Source of the DNA: Entomortierella parvispora E1425
Taxonomy: Eukaryota; Fungi; Mortierellomycota
Assembly (NCBI GenBank): GCA_020891255.1
Contig: BQFW01000015.1
Span: 1,426,001-1,490,000 of the forward strand
Direction of reading: 5' to 3'
DNA length: 64,000 bases
Shown: positions 12,877 to 25,001 of the stretch, piece by piece
Position numbering within the stretch: position 1 is the first letter of the stretch
Layout: the number at the start of each line of letters is the position of its first letter
The notes under the pieces: generated by a model
The model's database searches: none
What the model saw: only the letters and a program-made list of their open reading frames with translations
What the model was told of the DNA's origin: nothing
Translations under genes and position numbers: made by a program

Positions 12877-12883
12877 TTTTATA
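12877..12883 (-). promoter_or_regulatory. TATA box (TATAAAA) of the secreted-protein gene
   Basis: TATAAAAG on the - strand about 155 nt upstream of the ATG at 12723, followed by a CT-rich leader. Confidence 0.55.
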
Positions 12884-14150
12884 CCCGATCCCGGCTATTT
12901 TCCCGCCATGGTAGTAGGTAGTATTTTCAGGCGCCCGTCTGGCCAAAGATAGACGGTTCAGACCCGTTTGAATATCCAGCACCTAGCTCCTGGAACAGCC
13001 ATGGTGGCGATTAACAATAGCCCTGTCCAGGACCCACCTTTCTTTTCCCCAAGGCTCTCGGATGCAACGACAGGGAACTAGGAAAAAAAAGATAGAGGGA
13101 AGGAAAAAAAAACACGGAGACGCAGTGTAAAAAGGGGAATTACCGTGCGCGTTTGGGAGGCATTCCTTCTGAGAGGATCAATTTCCAGATCGGGCTCACA
13201 TTGTCGGGTCCTTGCATTTTCCCCCCTGTCCATGTTTGAAGTTGAACGTCAACATTGGGACACACACAGCTCTGACTTTGGCTCTGTAAGCAAAATAAAG
13301 TGTTGTCTGTACTACCCCAGGCGAATGGTTGGAGAGAGTTGTCACGATATCAATCCATGGCACTCCTTTCTTCTTGTTCAGCAAACGTGTGAAGTATATT
13401 TAGACGCATTGACAGCAAAAAACGCGTCTTTCAATTTCGGCAGTGGGTTGCGCGTGCAGTCTGGAGCCACGACAAGGTACATTATGGTTTAAAGTGACCT
13501 TAGGAGAGGAGCGCAAATGGCAGGCCGTCTGAAATTTTGTAGGGTCCCCCTCCCCCTTCCCTTCTCCCTATCCAACCCTTGGAACGCGCAGCAACTGAGG
13601 TCTGCAGCTTATTTTGAGGCTCAAAATAGACGACCACAGTCAAGCATTCCGAGTGGGACTCGCTCGCTCTCGTCAACCACATTTTACTATGGCGATGTTA
13701 ACGCATGAGAACTGCCCAACGACAACTGTCCAACGAAATGAACGTCCTGCGCCCCTCACTCTGTGGTCGGAGGTCCTATACAAATATGAATACCGCGTGG
13801 AATCGAGGAGACGAGGGGCCTGTTTTCCAACGGAATTTCAGGCGCCTGGACGGAGAGGAATGTTCACCTTCATCTGCAGACTAGTCCAGTTGAGAAGCCA
13901 ACCCCATTACCAATAGTATAGTTGAGGAGAGACCGAGGGGCTCTGAGGAGAAAAAGGGGGGCAGGAGGGGGGTTGGTAAAGGGGGAACATGGGACCTATA
14001 GCTGCCCCAAAGGAGATTTGAGAGCACGTCTGAAGTTTCTGCCGTGCAGCTAACGTATACAAAACAAGAGCTCTGAACGAAGTATTCCGAGTCATTTTTA
14101 TTAGTCCTGTAGTGCTGGTGCAATAGACCTCTCTCCAGAACGCGTCTACA

Positions 14151-16697
14151 TTATGAGTTTGTCAACTTGATGCATCCATGGTTTGATCGGCCCCAGTGCA
14201 GGATATTGAAGTAAGTCGTGACCGCAGGGCTGTCAAATGAGAAGGGCCTGCTACTCATTGAGAACATAGGCTGCCGAACATATTCGTAATTGAAATCAAT
14301 AGTTGGTTGAAGTTGTTCAACCTTTTCTTGTACTACTGGAGCAGGAGCAGGTGCAGACACGGGCGTAGCTACCACAGGGGCTTCTGGGACGACGTGGACT
14401 GTCTTTGCCGGAACAGGGGCCGCGTTTGCAGCCGCAGATGCCGCCTTTTGGCGATTGGCCACATCAGCATACGAGAACTTCTTTGGTGCTGCAGGTGTGG
14501 CTGGCACATCTACAACCGGCGCTGCCGCCGCAGGAGTCTGTTTCAGTCCAGCGCAAGCGGGCGGCGTATCTGATCTGCTGGCACTGCCTGATTTTTTGGG
14601 TCCGTTCTTGTTGGTGTGTGCTTTTGCATTTGAACTCAATGCATCGGCTTCCTTTTGTTGTCCGGAGCCTTTCGTGGCAGCAAGCGCTGGCGGGGACGGT
14701 CGATAAGTCCTAGCTAAGTCATTCCAATCATAAACACGGCGTTAGCAAGACCATTAGCGGGGTCAACATTGGGGGCAGATTCCAACGACTTACAGATGTG
14801 GGAGAGCATGCGAATCAAGATTGTGCCTGTGATGTACGCATCGTATCCCGCCTCATGAGCAAAGTCTTGCACACGCATCCCTGGAAAATATCTGCTGTGT
14901 CGATAGTCCAGGCCTATTTGGAACAGCTGATGGTTAGCACGCAGTCCCGACAAAGTCTAGTTAACAGGGATGAACAAGCGATCCGTACAAACGTTGGGGC
15001 AGCCCATGAAGGCTACATTTGCCACCAGATTTTCCAATCCGCCAAGACTAGAATCACTCGTCAACCCCTAGACAAGAATGAGCAGCCGAAAGCGTCAATA
15101 TGGGCACCACAGTTTATACAGACGCAATGGAGGCACACCGCACAAATTGCTACCTTAATCGCGTCGGCGGTACATGATACATATTTGGTGTCAATCAGAC
15201 TTCACAGACGGAGAGAAAGTGTTAGTGACATCGCTACTATTGGCGGTTAACTGAATCCGGAGATAGATAGGTCAAACACTCACGTTGGAAAGGTGTCATG
15301 AATCATCTTCTTGTAGAGCTCCATTGTTGGTGGTAGTGGTCCAACGAATTGAGCCAGAATGTATGCCATGTCGACTACCACATTGTGGCCCACGATGGGC
15401 TTTTTGCACTCGGACAACATATCGATGACAGTTCGAAATCCACGGGACCGATCAATGTCTCTCTATAGCATAATAGTACCATTCTGTCAGTGAGCGATGC
15501 CCTCCGCTAATATTTTTCAAAGGAAATACATTGGCGTTGAACGCAAACCTCGGCATCCGATCGCCTCTGCTGACGTTGCATCTCCAATTGCTGAGGCGTT
15601 GTTTTCGTGATGGTAATGTTTGGATGCCGCGCCTGTGCATTCAGCTCTGTGGGCCATCTAAAGGGTAGACGTATCCGCGGATACAAGAATGAAGGGGAAC
15701 GAAATGTTAGAATGGTTGTTAGATTTTCATTAGGGGAGTTTTTCAAACATAGTCTAATTCATGGCCTCCTTACAAACGGCGAACTTCTTGGTATACAAGT
15801 CGGCGTTGATAGGGCGATGTGCAGTGGATGTTTACAAAGTTGTAGGCATTTGGGTCCGATTTCCACTGTGTGATCCGATCGCTATTGATCCATAAATTCA
15901 TGTGTTTCCTAAAAGTCAGTACCAGATCCCGCTTGTATTCTCAGACACAAACATCAGAGCCAGCAATTAAGCATACATTGTTTCTGCGATCCACTGCTCG
16001 TTGGCTTTGTCCACCTGGATCACGTCCAGATCATTGTTTGCAAGCCGCGCTCTCTCTGCCCTGTAGACCTCCTCTTCCTGTGGTGTCATATATGGGACCC
16101 CTGCAGTAAAGCAACAACATACAAACGCATGTAGTCCGATCAGTTAACCGGATCGATACAGGATCAAAGTAGAAAATGAATCCTCTCCGTCGTTCAATAA
16201 ACTCGCCGTACCTTGGTAGATCCACTTGTTGAAGTCGAAATGGTTGCGAGCCAGGAAGTCGAAACTAGAAGCCTCCGTCAGGAAACATCTCCCCTGTGGT
16301 GCGAATCCAGTAAGCGATGTTGGGAAAATGAAAAAGTTGAATGGTCGTGCAATGTAACTACCGTTCGAAGGATCGAAATGGAAGGTCGAAATCCCGATTT
16401 GCACTGTTATGAACTGAGAGGCACTCTTTCGCAGCTCCTCATATCCTTCTTCCATTGTGGTGTCATGGTTCCTCTTGTTGGGTTCAGTGTGTAGACCTGA
16501 GGACAAAATAAAGAAACCCGTAAACAAGAGTTGATTAGCCCGCTGCATGCTACCTTGAATGAAAAGCTCTTTCACGGCACTTGAACAGAACATTTACCCG
16601 AGAACTCTGCATCGATTGCAATGAAGTCGCATTCCTCGATCGCAGTCTTTATCCAAGGCAGCTCCGCGTAGAAGTTGTCGCGAAGAACCTCCACCAT
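14151..16697 (-). CDS. PARN: Poly(A)-specific ribonuclease PARN-like (CAF1/DEDD family)
   Basis: Spliced frame MVEVLRDNFYAELPWIKTAIEECDFIAIDAEFSG, VQIGISTF, RPFNFFIFP, SFDFLARNHFDFNKWIYQGVPY, KPIVGHNVVVD, LIDTKY, AHEAGYDAYITG. The DEDDh catalytic residues are present and all introns are GT-AG. Confidence 0.9.
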
Positions 16698-16879
16698 TGT
16701 TGTGGTGAGAGAGAGGTGAAAGAGATTGGTGGCGAATACATTCGCGCTTGCTTCTTTTGATTCGCTCGTTAAGGGGTCTTCGGTGTTGCCAATCCTCTTT
16801 AAAATGCCTGTATTTCATGATGCACGATGCGGGGGAATTGGTTTAAAATCTAAGAGTGTTACGTTTCTGGGACATCTTC

Positions 16880-19800
16880 TTAATCGCGGCCACGCCCACG
16901 GCCGCCACGGCCTCCACGGAATCCACCGCGAGATCCACCGCGAGATCCTCCTCGAGAGCCACCACGGTCACCAGAGCCGCCACGACCACCACGGAAACCA
17001 CCGCGAGATCCACCTCTGTCGCTTGAGCCGCCACGGAAGCCACCTCGGGATCCGCCACGGTCACTTGAGCCACGGCCCCCACGGAATCCTCCACGGTCGC
17101 CGCCACCTCTACTGCTGCCTCCACGACCTCTGAAACCACCACGGTCACCACCACCGCGACCGCCACGGAATCCATCTCTGGATCCACCACGACCTCCTCG
17201 GCCACCTCCCTCGTGTATGGAGGTTCTTGGCCGCTTCCTCTCCTGTTCTTGTTCTTCTTGTTGTTCATCCTGGCCGTCGTCGTCTCCTCTCTTGCGCTTG
17301 CTGGCATCGCGCTCGTTCTTGCCTCTCCGGCCCTCACGTTCTGAGCGCTGCTTGTTCACCATCACGTTCTCTACTGAGAACTCGACAATCAAACACTTCT
17401 TTTCTCCGAACAGAGTAGGGTTGTTGTTCAACCAACGGAGACCAGCCAAAGCATGGGCGTGAGTTGAGTATTCCAAGAAACCGTATCCCTTGGATCGCAA
17501 CTGTTGAGTGTTTCCATCCACACGGTCCTTCGAGCGGACAATCTTGGCCTGCTTGACAAAGACTCGCTTGTCCCATCCATCTGCAATTTCTTCGGGTGCC
17601 AAATGAGCTCTCTTTCCTTCCTTGACCTCGTTTTTGAACTTCTGAATTGCTGCAACTCCGAGCTTGCGAAGCTCCTTTTCGTCCATCTTCAAAGGCAAGT
17701 TGCGGATAGAAAGACGCGTCTTGGAGATATAAAGGGAGGGGTTGCGAGCCAAAAGGGCACGCCGAGCAGAGAAGGAAGCCTGTCGCTTGGACAGCTCGCC
17801 GGGGAGGATAGAGGCTGCGGCAGGGGAATCAGGGAAAATGACACCCTCACGCATGAGATACAAGTTACGTCTGTCCTCGCGCTCACGCTTGTGCTGACCA
17901 GCTTCCAACAGACCCACGGCGACCTTCTTGTCGACAGCACGGACAATGTTGAGGACACGGCCGTTCAAGGTGAACTTGACGGCGAGCTCCTCAGGAAGAT
18001 CTGGCTGCAAAACAGCATGCTTGACAAAGCTGTTCTTCTTTCTCTTGTCGTTTTCGGCCTGGATAGGGTTCACAATGGCGGCGACCTTGTCAGCTTCAGC
18101 CATGCAGTTGTCGGCAGCGCCCTTGTTGAAATAGCACACAAATCCTGTTCCACGCGAGCGTCCAGTATCATGATCCATGGTGACTTTGCAGTAGCGAATC
18201 TTGCCCCAATGACGGAAACTAATAAAAAAAAAAATAAAAAAAAAAAAAGGGCAAAGGGTTAATAGCCATCCAGGGAATGGTTATCCTATCCTATTTAGAG
18301 AGTCAGGTACAGATGAACCTACAGCTCAAAGAGATCTTCCTTTGTGGCTTCGAAATCCAAGTTGCGGATGAAAAGAGTGGTGCCTTCACTGGGGTCAGGG
18401 AGAACATATTTGCCTAAAAGAGAGAATATACAACATATAAATTTGACAGAACTCGGACCGCTTGAATCATCTCGATCATTGAAAGTAACTGGTGACTTAC
18501 TGTTGCCATCCTTCTCTCTGGCCTCCTCAGCATCGAGTGCGGCCAAAGCAGCCTCATCATCATCGTTGTCCTCGGTCTCTTCTTCGTCAGAGTCTTCGGC
18601 CTCCTCGTCGTCGTCCTTCAAATGATCCAAATCAAGCTCCTCGTCATCATCTTCGCCTTCGCTGCCCTCCTCTTCGTCGTCCTCCTCGTCATCGTTATCA
18701 CCCTCCTCCTCGTCGTCTTCCTCTGCCTCTGCCTCCGCCATTTCGACGTCTTCGTCTTCGCCAGCAGGGGTCTCCTCTGTTTGGGCCTTAGCCTCAGCCT
18801 CCTCGAAACGATCCTTGCTCAATGCCCAATCGACGGCAATAACACGTCCATGATGCTCTGTTCCGTTCAATGCTGCAACAGCCTTCTCGGTGGCCTCCAG
18901 GTTCTCCATTTGAACAAATCCAAATCCGCGAAGAGGGCCGCCCTCATACTTGCGGGGCAAGTTGATCTCATGAACGGTACCAAACTTTGTGAACAACTCG
19001 CGGAGCTCTTGCTCTCTGTACTTCCAAGGAAGGTTACGAACAATCAGTCGACAACGTTTGTAAACCGAAGGAGAGGCCAAAAGAGCAGCATGCAAAGCAC
19101 ATGACTTGAAGATATGTCCATCCAGTGCCTTGACGGCAGTGGCAGCCAATGCGGCGGTATTATAGATAACGTGAGCTATGATGAGATGGAAGAGGGTTAG
19201 CATAACGGTTTTAAAGGCACAAGTGCCACATTTCTATCCAGTTCTATTCCACGACGCCACTCGCAGGCATATGCATTGTTACCTGTTCCTTCCTCCACCT
19301 TCTCCTCGGTTGACTCCTCTCCCTCTGCGGGCTTCACCATAACTGGGTAAATGACCTCCTTGACATCTCCGGCCTTACGGACCTTCTTGTAAATATGCTT
19401 TTTGGTGATGTCCTTGCCCAAGCCCTTTAATACGACAGTTTGGAATGAATAGCTAAAAGGAACGCAAAACCGACACTGGTTAGGCATACAGGGTTTCTTG
19501 TTCAATGACATGAATCCGCGTGCCTTTGTCAATCCTTACTTTTTCTCCTTGGGCTCCTCAGTCACTTCCTTCTTGGCCTGCTTGGGCTTTTCGGCCTTTG
19601 GCTTAGGCTTGATGTCTCTCTTAGGCTTCTCCTCGCCTTCCTCTATATTTTTGAGATATCCGTGATTTAGAAAGAATGGCGATGACAACGTTAGTTCCTT
19701 GGCCTCCTCAAGGCGTGGCGTCCATCATGCAGATCGACTCAAGAATCAAGTGAACATACGTGTCTTCTTGACAGCCTTCTCCATGATCAATGGTCGTTGC

Positions 19801-20183
19801 TTCAAAAACTTTGTTCCTCTGAGCTCCTCGATGGCCTTGTCAGCATCCTCGGGCAGGACAAACTGAACGAAACCGAATCCCTTGTTCTTCAAGGGTGCCT
19901 TGGCAGTGGCTGCGGCGGCAGTTCCAGCCTTGTTGTCCTCTCCCGAAGGTGATTCGGCAGCGATTTGCTCTGCACTACGGTCCAAAACAACAAAGCATGA
20001 ACGGACCGGTCCGACCTCGGAGAAGAACTCCTCAAGCTGTGCACTGGTAGCCTCATAGGGAAGTCCACGAACGAAGAGGGTTGATTTGCTAGTGTTGTCC
20101 GAGTCTGTTGTAGGGGTAGTGGTTTTTGCCTCTGTGGTGGGGGCAGTGGCCTCGGCCACAGCAGGTGCTGGCGAGTCCGACAT
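16880..20183 (-). CDS. NOP4: Nucleolar multi-RRM protein Nop4/RBM28 with an RGG tail
   Basis: RRMs STLFVRGLP..KNKGFGFVQF, RLIVRNLPW..LRGFGFVQM, TTLFIRNL..RSRGTGFVCY and TRLSIRNLP..RSKGYGFLEY. Acidic linker; RRNLYLMREG motif; RGG-rich C-terminus. Confidence 0.92.
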
Positions 20184-20988
20184 TAGAGTGGATGAATGGA
20201 TGGATGAATGGGATGGAGTGATGGAGACCAGAGAACGCTCTAACTTGCTTGCATGCACCCTTGAGTTGCCACAAAAAAAAAAAAAAAAAAAAAAAGAATA
20301 GGCAGCTGGCAGTGGCTTAGAAATCAATTTTGTTTATACGAATCACGTGGACGATTTGTAGCATTTGCGATCAGCTGTCTCATTGTCGCGTCGCGTGGAG
20401 CAGCCCGCCCGCGTGGCTGACTCTGTGCCTGGAGGAAGAGGATCGATTGCCTGGATTTGGAATCAAGGTTCGACTGAAGGTTGGGCTGTTGCTTTTGGCT
20501 GCACATCCTTTGACCTTGCCTCACTCTTGTTGGTCAGGTCACTGGCGGACTGTTCTGGGCTGTGTCTAACCATTTGGCAGTGCAGGGTTGCCTTGATGGG
20601 CAAACAAATCGGGGTATGATTCTCGGGTTCACGGTCGCTCCGGTCGAGTGGACGTTGACCATGAACGACAGCCAACAGTCCACTGCTTCTTTCTTCTCTC
20701 TCTCACAGAGTCTGAGCGGAGCATGGTGAACTTCCACACTACGCCCAATCCCAAGCAGACAAGGCCAGAGTGGTCTTTCAAGTACTTTGGTGTTCGTTGC
20801 GGGAAGACTGCGTTGAGTCCAAAATGTGAGCACATTGGGAGGACATGGCATTCTTTTGTTTTATCCCCCTGTGAAGGCGCTGTTCTGTTTTTGTTTGTTT
20901 CCTGTTCAAACTTTTTTCTCTTGCCACTTTTCCACATCTTCATTGTCCATCCTCCATTTCATTCCGACGAGTTTTTTTTTAAAAAAAC

Positions 20989-21903
20989 ATGTCCAATCCC
21001 ATCGCTTCGGCGACATTCAGGGACAATGTTCTCTTTATCCAATACTCCACCTCTAGTAGCTATCTCGGGAACCTCTTTGCTATCAACACCGCCCCTAGTA
21101 GAAAACAACCGTTCATGACAGCCCTTCCGCAGGGATCCAGCAATGCCCCTCCCACAGCATCTTCAGACCCAGGATCTATGTATTACTCCCTCCAAGACAT
21201 TCCATATCCCCCTCAGGATCTCAGCTCTAGCCCCGTTGGCGTCTCTATGGTTTCGACCGCAACCATGACTCCAGGGATTGGCGCGGTTTATGAGCTTCTG
21301 ATCGCTTTCAACCTACCACCAACTTCAGTCCCACAACCTCCACTGATGCTACAACTTCTTCCGCTGAATAACAACCACGGAACAGGCTTGGAGCCGTCTG
21401 GACGGCAATGGGACTTGATAAGCAGAAACAGCAATCCAACCCTGAGCGTGAACGGGACGAATAGAGTCTGGCTAGCCTCGGGCATCAACTCTAACAGCGC
21501 CAACCCTGGACCTGAAGGTTCCGCCATGTACAAGATGATACAGAACCCGACCAGTTTTACCCTTCAAATGGTAGATGTGTCTCAAGGAGATTCAAGCGGT
21601 AACATCTTGATCCGTCCATCCTGGAACGTGTTCATCACCTCTCTGGCAGCCAGCATAGACCCCAGGATGATCCGACTGCCGGACTCAGGGCTTTATGATG
21701 TCGCCCTCGTTGGAAAATGCGCGAACACTCCGTCCACTTGCCTGGTTTTTATGAGTGGCAAGACACAGATCCCGGTAAGTCAGGAGGACGAGAGATGGCT
21801 GCTGTTGTTTCCAATCCTGACTGTGATGGACCTCAACTTGGCCCAATTCTAGGTAACTACCTCGACCCCTTACGATCAGATGGCCTGCTTCACTGCAGGT
21901 AGG

Positions 21904-21937
<34 letters not shown>

Positions 21938-23269
21938 AATCGTGGAATCATTGAATGTTGCCTTGGCAAGGGCCTAATGAATTCTTGGTAATAGCGAACG
22001 GGGCCATTGTCATGGTGACCGACAGCGGAACTAACACTCTAGGATACATAAATGGGACGGCGTCTGAGGAAACATGGACACCTCACATGAATCCTGCTCA
22101 AGGTTCGTCACCGGGTCAGGTTTTGGCCTGTGCTGCATCGGGCACAACGGTGTACGCTGTTACAACGGGTAGGTTCCGTTGAATTTTTTGATCGTCCTTG
22201 AGGCCATACAGACGATCTCATGCAGCTGTGGTTTGTTTTAAAATATCTAGGTTCAAAGTTGACTCCTTCCCTCTGGTCGATGGATATCAGCAGTAACAGC
22301 TCATGGACTTGGTCTCCACGTTCATTGCGCCAGTCACCTCTTGACAATGGTAGTCCGGGTGATGGGAGTGGTGGTCCCCAACAGGACCCGTCTCCAAAGC
22401 ACTCATCCACTGCCCTCCGAGTGGGTATCATAGTGGCTGTTGTGGTGGTGGTAGCGGTCTTCGTTTATTTATGCTATACAAGGCGGTCAAAAAACAGAGC
22501 CAAGGATCCTTTCCGTGGAATGACGACGGCAGATACCCTCCCTCGCTCAGGCCCCGCTTCGCCGTCTCACTCTCAAGGTCCTGGCGCAATCCCGATGCAG
22601 CCTCTGGCGTATCAACAGAATCCGTATAGCTCTCCTCCGCCTCAACCACAACCGGTTGTTGTAACTCCTAGCAGATCAGGTTCTTGGACCGCCGAATCAG
22701 CTGCAGCGGTCGCCTCTGCCGCCATGGCTTACAATGCCCAGACCTCATACAACAACATGACGCCGGCAACATCTGCTCCGTACTCTTCAGCTGGTCCTAG
22801 CTACTCTGGTCCTGCGGCTTATTCTGCACCGACACAAATGCCCATCATTGCCTCCTCCTTGTCCATTGCCCCCTTCCGACCATTCATTGTTCCTCTTGGA
22901 TCACCCGTCATGTCCGAGAACGGCGGATTTAGCTCTCGAGATACACCAGACCACGGTGCCGGATCAAACCAGCCCGAAAGACAGACGGCCACATCTGAAT
23001 CTGGAAGCAAGCAAGAGTTTGGTGCGGCCGACTCCATGGCGACGAACTCACACGACAGCGATGATGGAACACCTTTAGTGCGCTCCAGGCCAATACCCGT
23101 GTCCACCACTGCCTCGACCACATTAGCATCGATCCCTTCAGCAACAACCTCGATCCAGCAGCCTCCATTGACTAGGAGTGTGCGTCCGATGCAAGAAATG
23201 ATGTCGCCAGCGATGGTCAACGCACAGCTTATCTTGCAGCAGTCGCAGAATCCACCCCATCGACAATAA
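20989..23269 (+). CDS. Uncharacterised single-pass membrane protein (beta-rich ectodomain, one TM, Ser/Pro-rich cytosolic tail); 5' end unresolved
   Basis: Exons ~20989-21774, ~21853-21898, ~21971-22168 and ~22251-23269 splice in frame through GT-AG introns. TM VGIIVAVVVVVAVFVYLCY is followed by the basic stretch TRRSKNR. No clear signal peptide was found; a possible upstream exon near 20709-20825 does not splice cleanly. Confidence 0.7.
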
Positions 23270-23632
23270 TCGGAGATCGATCCAAGTTGTCTGTGCTATC
23301 CAAAGTCCTCAGTCAAGATATTCATTGCATGCTATCCACTATACCCTTTACGCGCAGATTATAATTCATAATGCCGCTCCTGCGCTTTCAATGTTGATCC
23401 CTGCCGAATGAAGACCGCTCTTACTTTTCACTTCTCTAAATGTTTGTGCTCAGGGCAGAGTCGACCATGGGTTGTCAAATGGATTACAAGGAGAATGTGT
23501 GATAATTCGAAAGGGTTTATTCTATTCCTGTATGGTTGGACCTCTCTCTCTGTTTTTTTTTTCCAGTATGATCCAGATTATGATATTTTGTTTTTTTTTT
23601 GTCATCGCTCTTTCTTGCTCTCCAGGTATTGC

Positions 23633-24713
23633 TTAATGGTGGTGGGGCCTCTGCTCGTAACGGATGCCGCCTAGATTTTGGGTGCAAAGGTGGCCATATA
23701 TTAGTTTACGGTCCATTTCACCAGTGGTAAACAAACGAGAAAAAGACAAGCAAATGGGGAGGGGTTGTCCTGTGACAACACTGTGAAACTACAAAAACTT
23801 ACAGTAACCGCAGGCATGGGGTCCAGCACGATCCTATGTAACGTAAACGAGTCCCAAAAACAAACAAAAAACGGTTAGGCCAACCGACTCTTACATTCAA
23901 CAGCCAAATATATCTAGTTCTTCCTGAAGACTGTGTCCATGATATCAGAGGCTTTCCAAACATGTATCCCGAAGTATCTAGGCGACCGCTGCTGAAGTCA
24001 ACTGCACCTCTTCCTGAAAATGAAGAGGTAAAAGAAGGATATCCTGATGCTAACGGTTCCAACGATGACATTAACAAGGATTATTTACCAAGTTAATATA
24101 GACAGCGGGGTGTCCCAAGAGACCATCACCACCATTGCATCTTGCGCGACGACCCTCAACCATGCGGACTGGCTCCTCGGCAATCAACTCGATGGCAGCT
24201 GCGGGCTGGGGCTATTTCACCCATGAAAAAAGAAATAAAATAAAAAAAATGTCGTTAGAGTCCAATCCTGCAACAGACAGCTCCTGTCCCAAACGGTTTC
24301 GAGTCCAGAGAGTTCTGGGAATTGAAGCGAGCAGAGCGACCATCGATCACAAATGATGGCTTGAGAGGATCCAATTGTTCGGATAGATCATTCTTCGGAA
24401 ATCCGGACATTTTGCATGGGTTCGTCCAGTCCTCGGGGTGTGCATTTCCAGTCTGGGTGTCAATCTAGCCATTCCATTCCAGATTCAGGGTCGTTACCTG
24501 GGCCTCGATGTCAGTGTTCTCGAAGCGGGGACCCTTGAAGGCCTGGCTCTTCTCGATCTGGTTCTCGCTCCAGGTAGCATCTCTGTTGGAAGACTGCTTC
24601 AAGCCGGCGCGGGCATTGGCAATGACGGCAGAGGAGGAGAGGGCGCGGGTGGCGATGATGCGCGAGGAGATGAGGGTGGCGACAGGGGCCTTGAAGCTCT
24701 TGAGGGCGTTCAT
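23633..24713 (-). CDS. NDUFS6: NADH:ubiquinone oxidoreductase 13 kDa zinc-finger subunit (NDUFS6/NUMM)
   Basis: Presequence, then [13 protein letters not shown]|[41 protein letters not shown]|[10 protein letters not shown]|[12 protein letters not shown]. zf-CHCC motif. Confidence 0.93.
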
Positions 24714-25001
24714 TATTGCTGAAGAGTGGGGAGAGGGAAGTGGGGCGGAAGGAAGGAGATGCGTGAAATTTCCGATGTGAATCGACCGATGGTGCAGATG
24801 CGAGATCCGGAGGAGGGATCAACACCAGCGCGTCCGAAGCGTGTGCAATTACAGATATTGTGTTGTGCAAATAGAGAGGGAAATCAGGTCACATGACCAA
24901 TTGCGGCGGTCTACGATGCCATGGTGCCTTCCTGGTGTTGTGGGAAGTGAATTCAGCTTTTTTTTATGCAGGACAAAACTAAACACTCTAGATAACACAC
25001 T

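Noticed and set aside
20461-20480. GGTTCGACT resembling a tRNA T-loop
   Set aside because: No T-stem pairing or cloverleaf.
21906-21936. Long homopolymers (T31 here; A22 at 20273-20294; others near 27590, 30390 and 56830) as retroposon tails
   Set aside because: No target-site duplications or element bodies; they are ordinary intronic or promoter poly(dA:dT) tracts.
24033-24043. ATATCCTT resembling a U12 (AT-AC) 5' splice site in an NDUFS6 intron
   Set aside because: It is internal to a normal GT-AG intron that already gives the correct frame. No U12-type donor was needed for any gene model.
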